Source: Octopus sinensis
Taxonomy: Eukaryota
Assembly (NCBI RefSeq): GCF_006345805.1
Contig: NW_021835765.1
Coordinates: 1 to 38,030, forward strand
Length of the DNA: 38,030 bases
Direction: 5' to 3'
Of this stretch, positions 1 to 12,354 are shown piece by piece; the stretch's first letter is position 1; each line of letters starts with the position of its first letter. The notes beneath the pieces were generated by a model. The model saw nothing but the letters and a program-made list of their open reading frames with translations. It was not told where the DNA came from and made no database searches. The translations under genes were made by a program, and so were the position numbers.

Positions 1-525
1 ATATCATTTTCATCAAGAAAATCTGCAACTTGATCTTTGAGTTCAAACACCCTTCTAATCACTTTTGCACGAGATAGCCAGCGTACCTCACAATAGTATA
101 AAAGCGATGTATATTTTGAATCCATATCTTCACACAGCTTTGCAAAAAGCTTAGCTCTTAAAGGACTGTGAATCCTAACAATAAGTAAGATGGAAAGTAT
201 TTTCTTGTCTTTGGAGTGGTATTGATTATATTCCAATCATTTTGATTTTTTGAACCATCGTCAAAATCTTTATTATTCGTGAATTTTCTTTTGCAACCAC
301 TCAAGAATTTATTCATGTGTTAAAATTATTTAATTGTCTAATAAATTAAATAAATTTTTGAAAAAATATAATTTTTAAATTAATAACTCTTATTATCGGA
401 ATATAGTCACGTTTTTTACATAGATATAATTTTCTAAAAAATGTTTCTGAAATACTTTTCGCGCCTCCCTTGACACGAGTCAACGCCTCCCTAGGGAGGC
501 GCGCCTCCCCATTTGGAAACCTCTG
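1..525 (-). mobile_element. hAT (Buster/Charlie, ZBED5-like) DNA transposon, internally deleted, runs off the window
   Basis: Minus strand 1-180 reads IHSPLRAKLFAKLCEDMDSKYTSLLYYCEVRWLSRAKVIRRVFELKD (hAT RW motif). It is fused directly to an N-terminus MNKFLSGCKRKF...KTRKYFPSYL (about 316-180). The terminus CAGAGGTTTCCAAATGGGGAGGCGCG starts at 525, with GC-rich subterminal palindromes. The 8-bp flank acaTAagg fits the Buster nnnTAnnn target pattern. Confidence 0.85.
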
Positions 526-1369
526 ACATAAGGGTTTGAAAGTATTATGTTTTTTAAAAAAATTTCTTAATAAAAAATATTTTAAGATTTTAATTGATAT
601 TTTTTACAAATAAGAAAAAATCAAAATGCTTCACAAATCATTAAGACGCAGAAATTTACTTAAGACAGACATTTATTTTTATATCAGAAATGTATTTTAT
701 TTGCAAATTCTGTCTTTTTGAATGTTCTATCTGTACATTTTGGAAGGAAATTTAAGTTTATTGTTTTAAGCATCAAATAATCATGGTATCGTCGATTTAT
801 AAATTCGTCTCTATTTATTCGGATTTTTTATTAGCAAGCAATTAAGACAATTTATGTTATTTATTTTTTTTAATTATTTTCATAAGTATTTTCTTCGTGG
901 TTCCATCGTCCATTTGAACTTTTACCATATGATACAAGAGAATTTCAGCTATTGTACAAACTTGTCAGTATTGTCTTTCGAATTTCTTGAGTGCAAATGA
1001 GAGATTGGTAACACAGTTCTTTTGAATCCTTATCTGCAATTTAGAATAATCTGAGTTACCTTACCTTAATTTTGAATGAATATTTTATTCGTTGTTTTAC
1101 AGTAAAGTATCTTTTAGCCACATGTTCTCGTGATGTTATGTCCACAATGCGATTGTTTCAGGTAGATATTTTTCCATTGACCTTAACCCCTAAAAATTTT
1201 TTTAGGAAGAAAATATGAAAAAGTTAACACAAGTTTAATAACCCCTAAACAGACACCTAACCTAACCCAAAACTTATTTTTGAAAATCAAGTTGTCAGCT
1301 TTTCTAATTTTAAGAAAATTTTTTAAAATTAAGATTTTAGTTTTTTTAATCATGAGAAATGCAAATTTT

Positions 1370-1670
1370 CTATATTGCGACAATCTCCTTGTATTGTGAA
1401 ATTCTTGCCAGTCCATAAATAACAAAGTACTTAGTTACATTCAATTGTTCATATAAAGTGCATTTTCTATTTTGAACGTTTATATCGATCATGACGAAGC
1501 AAAAAACAATCGCCAATTTTGTTGGAGGTTTAGTAGCCATGCATCTTTTGACTTGACAAAAAACAAACTTCTTTATATATTCTTGAATTTCTTTTCTCTT
1601 TAGGTTGTACATTTTCTTTAAAAGACTGTATAGTCTGTATCTTCCAAAATGGTCATAATTGTGTTCAGCC
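1370..1670 (-). mobile_element. Gypsy/Ginger-type integrase remnant (HHCC zinc finger)
   Basis: Reads EHNYDHFGRYRLYSLLKKMYNLKRKEIQEYIKKFVFCQVKR...KPPTKLAIV..MID. This is an integrase HHCC finger (first Cys mutated) followed by the start of the core. No termini found. Confidence 0.65.
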
Positions 1671-2069
1671 TACTTTTTGATCAGGAACACCAGTTACCTC
1701 AATTGTTAAATTTTTTAATTCTGCCTAATCAAAAATAAAAAATCAGCCTGAATCCATTTTCAGGTAAATTGTTTTTTATTCTCAAATTCAAAAGATTCGG
1801 ATAATTTTGTGTTTCTCTCCATAGTTAGAATATTTTTTAATTGGCTAAATCTTTTCTCGACTAAATAAGGTGGAACCATTATAACATCGAGGTTATCTCA
1901 TTCCAAAAACTAGGAAATTTTCTTTACTTTTTTGATCACACGACATGTATAACTGAAGCTAACAAGTGATTTCGAAATAAAAAGTTCGAAATACAATGCC
2001 GTTTCGTCACAATTAAACACGTTCGTAGGTTCATAAGTTCGAAATAATAATCATATTAGTCAAAAAAGA

Positions 2070-2300
2070 AAGGAAACAATGACCTGTCAGACGATTCTGG
2101 CATCTCCATGAATAGTTTTGTTAATATTTCATACCTTTTTTCAAAACGGTCCAATCATTCATTCGATGCTTTAAACGAGTTCAAGTGGAGTTCTTGGGTA
2201 ATTTTTAACACAATATTATTAAACAATGTTCCTGAAACTGGAATTTTATAATCCCTAAATCTTGGAAAGCTGAAAAGACTAACTTTTCTATCTCCGAGAA
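2070..2300 (-). mobile_element. pogo/Tigger transposase fragment (CENP-B HTH)
   Basis: Reads KIPVSGTLFNNIVLKITQELHLNSFKASNE*LDRF..KTIHGDA, matching the Tigger IPxSGxxxxxKAxxxAxxLxxxxFKASNGWLDRFK motif, with stops. Confidence 0.75.
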
Positions 2301-2689
2301 ATTAGACAAGTTTAAATCAATTTTTATTGATTGATTTGACGAATACTTATCCTGACTTTGATTAGAAAACGAGTGAGACGATTTTTAAGCCGATCCTTTT
2401 GGAAATAGTCGTGACTAAATTTAGCACAATCTAACAACCACTCTGAAAACGATGACTGCATACTAGTTATTCAACTATTATTGTTACTAATTTCAAACAT
2501 TAAAGAATACGCGTGTGCGAAATCCAAAGTAATTTTGTTCTTTTGTCTCCACTTTTTTTGCACCTTAAATGAAATGCTATCTGTGCTGGATTTGCAGTTT
2601 ATGTTAAAGAAAATTTTGAAATTTTTAAGACTTTTATTGAGATGAAAAATATGAAGAAAAACTTCGTGAGAAAATTTTGTATTATTAGA

Positions 2690-2790
2690 GATCAGTTCAA
2701 TTTATTTCGATAGAAAGATGTGTTCATGCCTATCTTGTCAATTACAATGAAATTCAACATTGTTCGTCAACATGAACCAAGCTAGTATTA
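2690..2790 (+). mobile_element. possible integrase core C-terminal fragment
   Basis: ERCVHAYLVNYNEIQHCSST resembles the YNxxxHSxT motif of rve integrases. The match is short and weak. Confidence 0.3.
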
Positions 2791-3189
2791 GATAAGGGTT
2801 CACAAATTTTGATTCTGATCTACGAATTTTGTTTATTTAGTTTTCTAACCTAGTAAAAGTTTGATGACTTGGTCGGTAACATTTGGCTTTTCAAATTTCT
2901 TATAATGGCTTTAGATATACGTGATTAAAGGATTGGGCGTTTTTTTCTTTTTATTGTAGAAATAATGAGTACATTTGAAAGCTTAGTAGATCATGAATAG
3001 AGAATAAGCTGTTCACAAACGGAGAATGCAGATAAGAAACGTTTATTCTAGGGTATGAAGAAATGTTGAACAAATATGTTGTAAAATATTGAAATATTTT
3101 AATAGAATAAGTTCCCGTTTTTATTACGGCGACATTCAATTTTCAGGATATAATAACGATTAATGTCAAGATATTTATCACTTGTTCTG

Positions 3190-3590
3190 TCAATTTATTC
3201 CCGTTCTTAAACCCACAAAGAGCAACAACACATGAATTCTGGGAATATACACTCGGAGTGACCTTAAAGAATGAAATGAGAGTTTGGCTGTGCTTTTCAA
3301 CAAAATGAATTTCCCGCTTTCATGGATAATAAAGACTTGAGGAGTGAGAATGAGGACTTTGACTGGCTCCCCGAACCACGTAGTGACCTCATAGGGGAGG
3401 TCGGGTGGGAGAAGGAGAGAGAGCAAGAAAAGGGTTGTATCCACAACATGTTTGTATATTATTCCAGCAGTTCCACCACTCCTAACTCATTCCTTTATAA
3501 GCCAGGGAATGCACGTGCCATTTCAATGTCTTTGATGTAGTACAGTCTGGTAGGCAATTAGGGGGGTCACCAAATATGCAAATCTTGGAT
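3190..3590 (-). pseudogene. PRMT5: PRMT5 (protein arginine methyltransferase 5) TIM-barrel fragment, frameshifted
   Basis: Reads WWNCWNNIQTCCGYNPFLA /frameshift in CT tract/ LLLPPDLPYEVTTWFGEPVKVLILTPQVFIIHESGKFILLKSTAKL. This aligns by eye with PRMT5 WxWWHNFRTLCDY..ALEIGADLP....[29 protein letters not shown]. The methyltransferase domain is absent. Confidence 0.65.
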
Positions 3591-4111
3591 TAAAACACAA
3601 ACTAACTCCGTGTTAATGAACTGAACCTAGTTGTCTACAAAACTTGTATTTTGTTGATTAACCACTATTCCGAACATGCCTATTTGTTAGTCTATTTAAA
3701 TAATAAGTAAATGGGAAAACAACAAAATATATAGTCATATTGGCCGGTCTAATCCACTAACAGTCCATTAGCCTGTAGGGAGTGGAGTATGCTCACTCGC
3801 CCTTTTACAACGACTAACTACCGTCGACCGTGCACTCACAATCTTCTAGGGATATTCAATATCTGCATGTACAACACGTCAAATCTGTTCCTCCGCGCAC
3901 ACCAACTGTCCCCACAGATATGTCCACAATGTCCTCCCCAGTCTGATGGTATGATCTGCTAGCCGCCCCTTTTCTTTTATACACGTCTGCCTCCTATTCA
4001 GCGAGTTTTGTTGATTTGTCCTGACCATTTGACTGGTTATCCTGTTTGACTTATCTCTCTTACTTCTATTTGGATTGATTAGGTTTATTTTGTCGGTGAT
4101 TTCCTACCCAG

Positions 4112-4640
4112 CATGAGTGACCCAGAATATCCAAATGACAAGGAGGGAGATCAGTTGGAGGGGCACTACTGGTGTTGTCGGTTTATTAGAGACGGGTACA
4201 ACACAGCAGTGTAGTGTGGTGAATATAGCCAGGATAATGGTAGACTGCACTAAAAACACTAACAGCATTCGAGAATATCAAATAGCCACTTTAATCATTG
4301 ATTGTGTGTTTAATAACCAATTGGAGAAGGTGGAATTCACAGGCTGCCCACTACTACGATCGAGTAACATGACTAAGGAGGCGATTGTGTTGTTTTTTGT
4401 CCCTCAATGGTAGGGAAGGCTTATACTCTCCGAACTCAGGTTTTCAGTGGACGGATTAGCCTTGAGAGGTCATCGACATGTGAGGATTGTCAATGGTTGG
4501 CAAACTATTTGAAGTTGACGTTTCATCCATGTCCGGAGAGGGAAACTAACAGTCAAAGCTTAATCAGCTTATCTTTTATAGAAATATGGCCATTCTGATG
4601 TCTTTGGGGTCAAGCAAAGTGACTGGTCGAACTAAGGTAT
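4112..4640 (+). pseudogene. unidentified multi-exon host gene fragment
   Basis: GC-richer island beginning ATG AGT GAC CCA (MSDPEYPNDKEGDQLEGHYWCCRFIRDG). It has several candidate 20-30 nt GT..AG introns, e.g. gtagactgcactaaaaacactaacag. No consistent spliced frame could be built. Confidence 0.3.
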
Positions 4641-5961
4641 GTAAATTTGCTAGTAGAAATGTATATTCATCTTAATCTGCATCAAATGGATAGATTGAAT
4701 ATAATTGGAAGTTTTGGGATTTTCTTTTTATCAGAATAAGTCGTGTACTCGTCACTTCGATTGACTTTACGACAGTTTCATTAACGAAATTTATAAATCA
4801 TTCAGAAAACGACCGTTATTTTTTATTCCAGTTTATTCGAACGAGAAAATCACGTTTCTCTCTCCGTACCTGATAAGCCGATTCATCACATGTCATTAAC
4901 AACTATTCATGTCAGTATTTGGAATATGTGGATTAATATGCAGTTGACAGAAATAATAATCAGACTACGAAGGCTTGTTATGAGTAGTTATGCCATAATA
5001 TGAGTAGTTAGCTCTACGAAAACATTCTAAAGGGAAGGTGGAGCTAGACTGGCCATAGGGAGTATGGTTTTATTTATGATTAGTAAAAAATGAACTTACA
5101 AAATTTAATTAGATGTACTTTTTATGGACCGATTAGAAAAATCTAAATAAAAGATACAGATAATTATTTCAATAATAATTATAAACTATTTTTCATTAAT
5201 TATTGTTTAATTATCTTGATTTTTAATGACAAACCTAATAGATTTTTAGACACGTTTTATTTAGTTTGTTGTACTCTAAATTAATTAGCTTTGCTTTATT
5301 TTTTGTATTAAATTGGATTCAGAAGGAATATTTTGTGATGAAGTTTCTTTCAGTGATTTAATTATCTGAAATTTCGTCATTTTTGTGATATTTTCCGATT
5401 TTATTCCTCTAATCTGTTTCTAATTTTTTTCAAATTATATTCCTCTCATTTCAAAGTTTTTGACCAGAAGGACTGTTTTCGGTCGTTTTACTTGTCTTCA
5501 CGGCTTCTTAATTTCAGTTTATTAGTTAATTGTCATTTAATAGATTCTGAAAAATAGTCAAATTAATGAAATTAAAAATTCTGCAAAAATTTCTACTTTA
5601 AAAACGGAAAAAACAAAATTAATCATAATAGTTGTAAAGGATTGTTGTTTCTTCTTTTGTATTGAAAAGAATTGTTTTAAGGATTTCTCTCCAAATTTGA
5701 ATTTGACTCAATTTGATTTTTTTATTTCCTACAAACTCTTTTATTATTGAAGATATTCGATTCTCCATTGAAATTAATTTATTAAAAAATCTTATTTAAA
5801 TTAAGCAATTCTTCAAAAACTGTCAAGTCACAATCGTTTTCGATCACTAAGTGAATAAAAAGTATGACAAGTGAAATCATTATAATTAAAGCTAATATTG
5901 TGAATAATTCATCGGTTAGACATTTAATTGATATATTTTTCAAACTGTATTTGTTAATGTA

Positions 5962-6875
5962 CACCCCTCGACATTAAAATCCGGACAGTTAATAAGTCGT
6001 CATTTTTATTATCAATTTTATTAAATTAAAAACTTGTTTGCAGAAAAAAACTCCTTTTTTGCTTTCGAATATGACATGGAGCATTGTCTTGTTGGAATAT
6101 GAAGATGTTTAGTCCCATTTTAATGGCTGATTTTTTCAGATTGTTAGCAAGAATGTTTATTTATTGTCCTGAGTTTATTTTTTCATCAATGAAACATAAC
6201 GAACCCATTCCAAAATATGAAAAGCATCCCCAGACCATAATTTTGCCGCCACCACACTTAACAGTTGGGTGATAATTTGAATTTTTGAATTCATTTCCCC
6301 TTTTTCGGTATATTATTTGTCTTTATGGTGCATAATAAACTTCAAAAGTACACTCGTATGAAAAAATTACTGATCTCCATCCTTCATCATATATACCAAC
6401 GAATATTTTCGATATTTCATATTTTTTGAGTATGTTTTTTTACTTAATAACGGTTTTTTCTTTGCTACTCTTCCAAATAAAACATTCTTATTTAAATTGC
6501 GAGTAATTGTTCGCGGGGAAATTACTTTTTGAGTGATGGTTTCCATTTCTAGAGCGAGGTCTTTAGCAGATTTTTCACTATTGGCTTCAGAAAGTTCCAC
6601 TAACATTTTGATTTTGTTTGTATTGAGTAATGTTGGTCGTCCAGACCCACTTTTTCTATAAATGGTTCCTGAGTTTATGTATTTTCGAATAACATCGAAA
6701 ACGGTCGATTTCGGAACTCCGAGGATATCAGAAATTCTCCTATAAGAAAAATTTTGCTGGTAATAAAAAATAATTTGTCCTTTACAAAAAGAATCCATTA
6801 ATTTTTTCTAAAATATTTAAAAAAATTAGCTCTTTTAACTATAATAGCAAAAGTATCCGGAATTTTACGCCACTG
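5962..6875 (-). mobile_element. Tc1-family transposon, deleted and frameshifted
   Basis: ORF 6798-6367 carries the Tc1 HTH and GRP motif (KSGSGRPTLL). Downstream it reads HPTVKCGGGKIMVWGCFSYFGMG...FQQDNAPCH and is truncated before the catalytic E. Imperfect terminal repeats share aaaat(t)ccgga; TA is present at 5960-5961. Confidence 0.85.
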
Positions 6876-7240
6876 AAAACAGTTTAAAGTAATTAATCAA
6901 CTAAGAATGTCCTTGTTTGGTCAATAAATGTGTAATGTTTTGTCATACGCATTTATGCACTGGATTCCGTTCTCTATGTCCTCTTAAGCCCAAATCTAGT
7001 TCTGAGAGAGTAGATAACTGACATGGACAATTCGTAGGATTCTCGTCTATTTATTGACCACAAATAATATCAGTCAACATTGCCAGTCGATGTAACAGAA
7101 CAGACTGTGCTTGGTCGATTAGGTACCCAATTTTAATGGGATGTACGAGTTGTAGAACCTTTCTCTTTTAATATAATTATAAGAATATATTTATATATAT
7201 ATTTGTTAGGTGGGTGGTAATAAATAAAATTGAGGTTTGA

Positions 7241-9137
7241 ATGGATGATGTGGACCTGGATGATTTGTCGAAACCTCTGTTGAACACTTCGAATAGTGGG
7301 ACCTTCTCGACTACGGAAAGGGACTGGTTGGTAAGCTCAGTGTACGACTACTACCGAAAGAAAGGAATATGGTGCATAATAGTGGACGAACTATTCAATA
7401 TAATGTATTAAAGACTAAATGAATATAGACGAATTGTGTTTTTGTGTGTGTTTGTAATGTACGTATATAAATGTGTGGACTTTGATTGGTGGAATATAAA
7501 AGAAGGGAACAAATCAGACATATTCCTACCAGTGGAGTCATGTCTAAGAGTGTGTAATAGAGGAGAAATGTGTATAGTGGTGGGAGTGGGAATATTCAGT
7601 GTTGTCAAAATATGTATTCTATTATGGAGACTGCCCCATTTGTGGAATATGAGGAGATTATTGAAGGATATGTCTATAAATTCAGTGAGTGAGTGGATGT
7701 GATGGTAGAATGAACTGTACGTGACTGCATGGGATAGGATTGAGAGAGGACTAATAGACAAGGATAGTGGCCTAGATGAATTACGTAAGAATGTAAGTAT
7801 AATGTAAGTTTGCCACAGCATGATTGTCCGACACACCAATTTTATGGTAGGACTAATAAGAGAATTCGAATCTATTCCTTGCTTTACAAAATTGATGGAA
7901 TTGTATTTGTTTAAGCTCTTATTTCCGTCGTGTGTGCAGGGGACTGTATTCTCAACAAGGGTGAGTATAGCAGAGATATACCGAGTGGGGGGTCTGAGGG
8001 AATATGCGGAGAGAACGTACCCTTCTCTAATATGGTAGAATTAGAACACGGTTGGTGGTGATGTGCTTGTTTGGCTTAGTTTTATCCCCATTCTTGTTTG
8101 TTGTCCAACTGTTGTATGTGTGCTTCGAATATGCTGAGGTATGTCTGTCTGATTAGTTTAGATGATTCGTAGGGCTCCTTCCAGTATATTTCGACACCGC
8201 TGGACTCCTATTGCTTACTATTCCCTTCGAAACTACTCTGAATTGGATCATGAATTGGAGGAAAGACTTGCTTTGGCCTATCCTTTCGCTAATCAGTATA
8301 TTCAATGTTTTTCTTCTCCATTGGTGGGTGTGTTGGCAAGACATGCTACTTATTTTGCGGGGGCTGTCCTTCTTTTGTTTGCTGTACTTACATTCCTTCA
8401 CGACACTATTCTTCAAGTTCCCAGAATTGTGACTGCTATTGCCATCACTAGTCTGTTTTTGTTTATTTACATTCCAGCTGCCGTTTATGCCTTTGCTAGT
8501 AGTCGACAGGTTGTTTTCTCTCTCCTTATCTTAGTCTACCACTACTAATCCACACCACATTATCCCCCATCTGGTAGCACATTTATATCATTTCTCCCCC
8601 GACCAAAAACAACCACTCCTCACTTATCGACATTTTACACTCCTTTTTCAATCACATTTAGTTGTACTTATTCAACACTTACAGATTTATTTGATACAAC
8701 AAGTGGCTGCACCGTTTACTGCTCCCTTATTTCTTTTCTTCTTTTTTCGACATAAAATACCACGACTTGTACATTTTGTTTGTCAACATACTCTCCGTAC
8801 ACACGCAGGTGGAGATATGCTGGACTATGCCCTTCTTCATGTCCCCCCTGACCACACCACTCTCCATGATAAACTCGAAATATCACTTCTTGCATTTTCG
8901 GTGCTTTTATTCTTACATTTCAGAGAAACAATCCAAGTTGGACTCCCCCTTCACAAACTCGAACATTTATACAACAACATGCTCGTGACAGTTTGCCTTC
9001 TTTTTCTATTTTTAGTGCAAGCCTACTTACAGTCTACTGAGCCCTCTTCACTTCCCTTACATACTGACTTGGATGGGGTTAACCACGAGTTTCTAACGAG
9101 TATTATATATTCCCGCATGAGGAGAGACGCCCAATAA
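7241..9137 (+). CDS. ATG9: Autophagy-related protein 9, intact, 10 exons, 560 aa
   Basis: Nine GT-AG introns: 7405-7428, 7685-7708, 7785-7808, 8017-8038, 8139-8161, 8510-8534, 8661-8684, 8901-8923, 8991-9015 (22-25 nt). Removing them gives 1683 nt open from ATG to TAA. ATG9 motifs include VYDYYRKKGIWCII, HSMIVRHTNFMVGL, SPFLFVVQLLY, RNYSELDHELEERLALAYPFANQYIQCFSSP, FQSHL-IYLIQQVAAPFTAPLFL and KLEISLLAFSRNNPSWTPP. Confidence 0.92.
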
Positions 9138-9641
9138 TATATTTTGTATTTTTTCATTCCCTGTTTGAATAGCAGTAGTACGTAGATAGGGTGACTACAC
9201 TTCAACAATCGAGCTTTCGTCAATAAGGACATACTTTTTGGAGAGAATGACATACTTTGTACCGTTTACAATCTAACATACAACCGATCCATTCGGCAAA
9301 AATCTAATGCTGTATAATCGATAAGATAGATGCTATCAGTTATTTTCCCAATAAGAATTTTTACAATTTTGTCTTAGCTGGCATCAGTCCCATCAACAAT
9401 TAAAAAAATCTTTTCATTAATTAACAATCCGATTATTTATTTCACACTTTTTGGTCAAAATTCCGATATTATTTCGACATTTTGATTCTGAAGGTAACTT
9501 GAATTCAATAGTTTAGAAAAAATGTATTAAGGCAGAATTATATAATGGAACATTTCTTAAACATATAATGAATAGAAAGTCTGCTAAATGAAGTATAAAT
9601 ATTAAAAATGTTGGTTCCAAAATAGAGACCAATTCTCAATT

Positions 9642-9870
9642 CCTCCCAACACAAAGTTTAGTGACATAACTGTGCCAACCGTTGACTATATAAGATCATC
9701 GTACATACTTGATCTTATTCTAAAAAACGAAAAACCTGTAAATATATAATCCAACTGACCAGGTGCTTTGCGTGGGTCCGACCGGGACTTCCAAAACCGT
9801 GACAATCACGGAAAAACTGACCAAAAATCTCCCAAATGAATATATATCAGAATTCATAATTTTTTCGGCG
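9642..9870 (+). pseudogene. DNAH1: axonemal dynein heavy chain (DNAH1-like) segment 1, start of AAA3
   Basis: Reads PPNTKFSDITVPTVDYIRSSYILDLILKNEKP / 25-nt intron 9738-9762 / VLCVGPTGTSKTVTITEKLTKNLPNEYISEFIIFSA (AAA3 P-loop). Similarity stops abruptly at about 9870. Confidence 0.85.
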
Positions 9871-11087
9871 ACATTTAGAAACTCTAATTTTACAGAAACA
9901 ATATTAGGACATGATAAATTATTTTTGTTCAGCAAAATAGAATTTTCCAAAAATGTCACTTATCATTTTTGTCATCAATCTTCAAACCATTACAACTAAT
10001 CCAAATTTTCTGAGGTGTTCTGAACATTCCAATTACAAGCTCACTTCTACTTCCGCCGGTTCAATGTGTTTCAGACTTTGCTAATATTTTCACGGATTCC
10101 GAATTAAACAGCTGTTAAATGGGTTCTATATTGTATGAGCTGATAAATAGTTATGTAATCATTTTACTACATAATGCGTTGATCGAGCTTTCTAAATGTG
10201 CCAATTTTTAGGTTTTGTAATTTAAAAACACTCGAAAGTCAAACCAGCCAGGAATTGACTTAAAGAAAGACAAATTTTTTAATTTTTTTGAGTCTTCGTG
10301 CATGTAGTTATTAACGACAAATAATACAAATCAGAGTAACAATTTCTTAAAAGAATTTATTATGTTGACTTTTTCATTCTAAAAAATGTTATTTTCATTT
10401 TAAAAATGATTTTTCCACTTAGTTTGTCTTCTTGTTACTGATCGGAGGGTAAGAACGCTTCTCTCGATATTATTGTGGCTCTCTGGTTGACGTAAATCAT
10501 TAATGTCACCAACAAATCCTTTAATCCGTTACGTGGGAATTGTTTTGCAGTACTGTTAACCTAGCTCTCCTTAGTTATTTGTATTCGATTTCGACTTCTA
10601 AGAATTTCGTCAAATCTTTTCCCTTTCTATGCTCACAACAGTTTGATCTTGTGAGTTTCCGTTGGCCTTCAAATTTTCGGAATAAACAATGGGCAGCACT
10701 CTAAACACCTGTTTCGTCTCTTCTTCCTCTTCTCTCGGCCAGACATCTCAAAAAGTGCAATGGAGCGACATCCTCTGAGTAATAAAAGACTCAATCAACA
10801 AGCATCAAGAGATAATATAGATTGCAGTCAGCATGGCATCTGACTTAAGAGACAAATCATCTTTCTGATATTAAAAAAGTTTTTACTGGTTTTAAAGCAA
10901 ATAGTGAGCTCAGGAAGGCGAAATGAACATTTAATCCTAATGTTTCCCTTTGTATTATGTAGCAAGAGTAAAATCATGCTAAATTGCATAAATGTTGATC
11001 ACTGTCAAATCAAAAATTAACGACTATTTATTATAAACATACTCCCCACTTTATTAAACGTTCACAAAATTGATAGAAAATTTTGAA

Positions 11088-11435
11088 ACAACCCGGGTTC
11101 CGCCAGTGCGCTGGCTGAAGAGACAAAGATGACGAAATACCGGTGTATTTCGGACGCTTTTGAGTTTGCCCCCCTCGCCTTCGAAACCTCTGGAATCGTC
11201 GGAAAGGCTGCGACTCAACTCCTCACCGCCATTGTTAGAAAAATCTCCACAAAAACAAACGACCGGAGGGAGACGAGCTGGCTGTTCCAGCGAATCTCGG
11301 TTGCTGTGCTCCGCGGAAACTGCCACTCAATACGCAGCGCGGCATCGTTGAGCTGACCCTCAGGCCCTCGACAATTCCCTTAGCCACCCAATTGCTTACT
11401 TTTTTCTTTCTAGTATAACTGGCATAAAAAAAAAA
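11088..11435 (+). mobile_element. CRE-clade non-LTR retrotransposon, 5'-truncated (RLE endonuclease end plus 3' UTR)
   Basis: Reads GSASALAEETKMTKYRCISDAFEFAPLAFETSGIVG...RETSWLFQRISVAVLRGN*, the C-terminus of the restriction-like endonuclease. An A-run follows at about 11426-11435. Confidence 0.8.
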
Positions 11436-12354
11436 TATATGGAAAAAAAAATAGTTACATTTTACCAGTATGAATATTCAAACTTTTGTAAATAGAAAAA
11501 GTACACGTCACATAATATCTTTAAATAAGAAGCTTTTTGCTAATTATAAAATAAATACAATCAACTCCGTAATGATCTGATTAAATCTTTTCGACAATTC
11601 CCTGATATGTATTTGACTAATGCAGAACTTGTCACAGACTTTTGTCACACAAGAGTTTTTAGATTCGGTTCCATTGCCTGATTGTAAGAAATTTCAAAAA
11701 CTAAAATCCATAAAAATTCATCAAAATTGTTTTAACCTTTAATCTACTTTTATTTTTTCTATTCCTCAAAAAACATGATTAGAATAAATGTCTATTACAA
11801 ACATTAATCAATAAAAATGGCTGTTTTCATATTTAAATATGCAAAATAAGCTAATTTTATGACTTTTGAAGAATCTTAATCTAATCTATCCAAATCAGAT
11901 CCTTAGGCCTTTTTAACATCCATTCGTTCATCATGAACTGGTTTGAATAATGAGGGTTTATTGAGTCCATTTCAATGTCTTGTGAATCTGTATTCTGGTC
12001 TATCATCCGATTAATTCGACATTTCATGTCAAAACGGCTAAGAGATATTCTCGGGTGACTAACTCTTTTCTATCCTTTAAAAAAGCATTTCTTCTTTTTT
12101 TCTTGGTCTTCTATTAGCTTTCCGGTGTATTTGTATTTTGAAAAACGGGGATGTCAAATTCAGGAGATAGTTCAGTCCCGCCTGATTCCATTTTAATTGG
12201 AATAAATGTTTTTATTAGATATATTATATGTTAAAAAATTAATGATTTTTTAAATATTCAAAAAGTAAGTTGGATTTTTCCGACAGAAAGTCGACATTAT
12301 ATTTATATTAATACATTTCCATCATTCAAAATAATTTTTTGCAAAATATTGTAA

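Noticed and set aside
1250-1270. Telomeric repeat (cctaacctaaccc)
   Set aside because: Only 2-3 units; expected by chance or as a common TE subterminal motif.
7241-9137. Alternative genetic code (TAA/TAG or TGA reassignment)
   Set aside because: Spliced ATG9 has no internal stops, uses TGG and CAA/CAG normally, and ends in TAA; dynein also ends in TAA at the expected place.
7408-9253. Minus-strand ORFs overlapping ATG9 (7408-7839, 8153-8416, 9023-9253)
   Set aside because: These are shadow ORFs favoured by the skewed composition, with no recognisable homology.
11368-11603. 13-bp repeat tcgacaattccct at 11368 and 11591 as a TSD
   Set aside because: It does not bracket the CRE fragment, and no element is recognisable between the copies.
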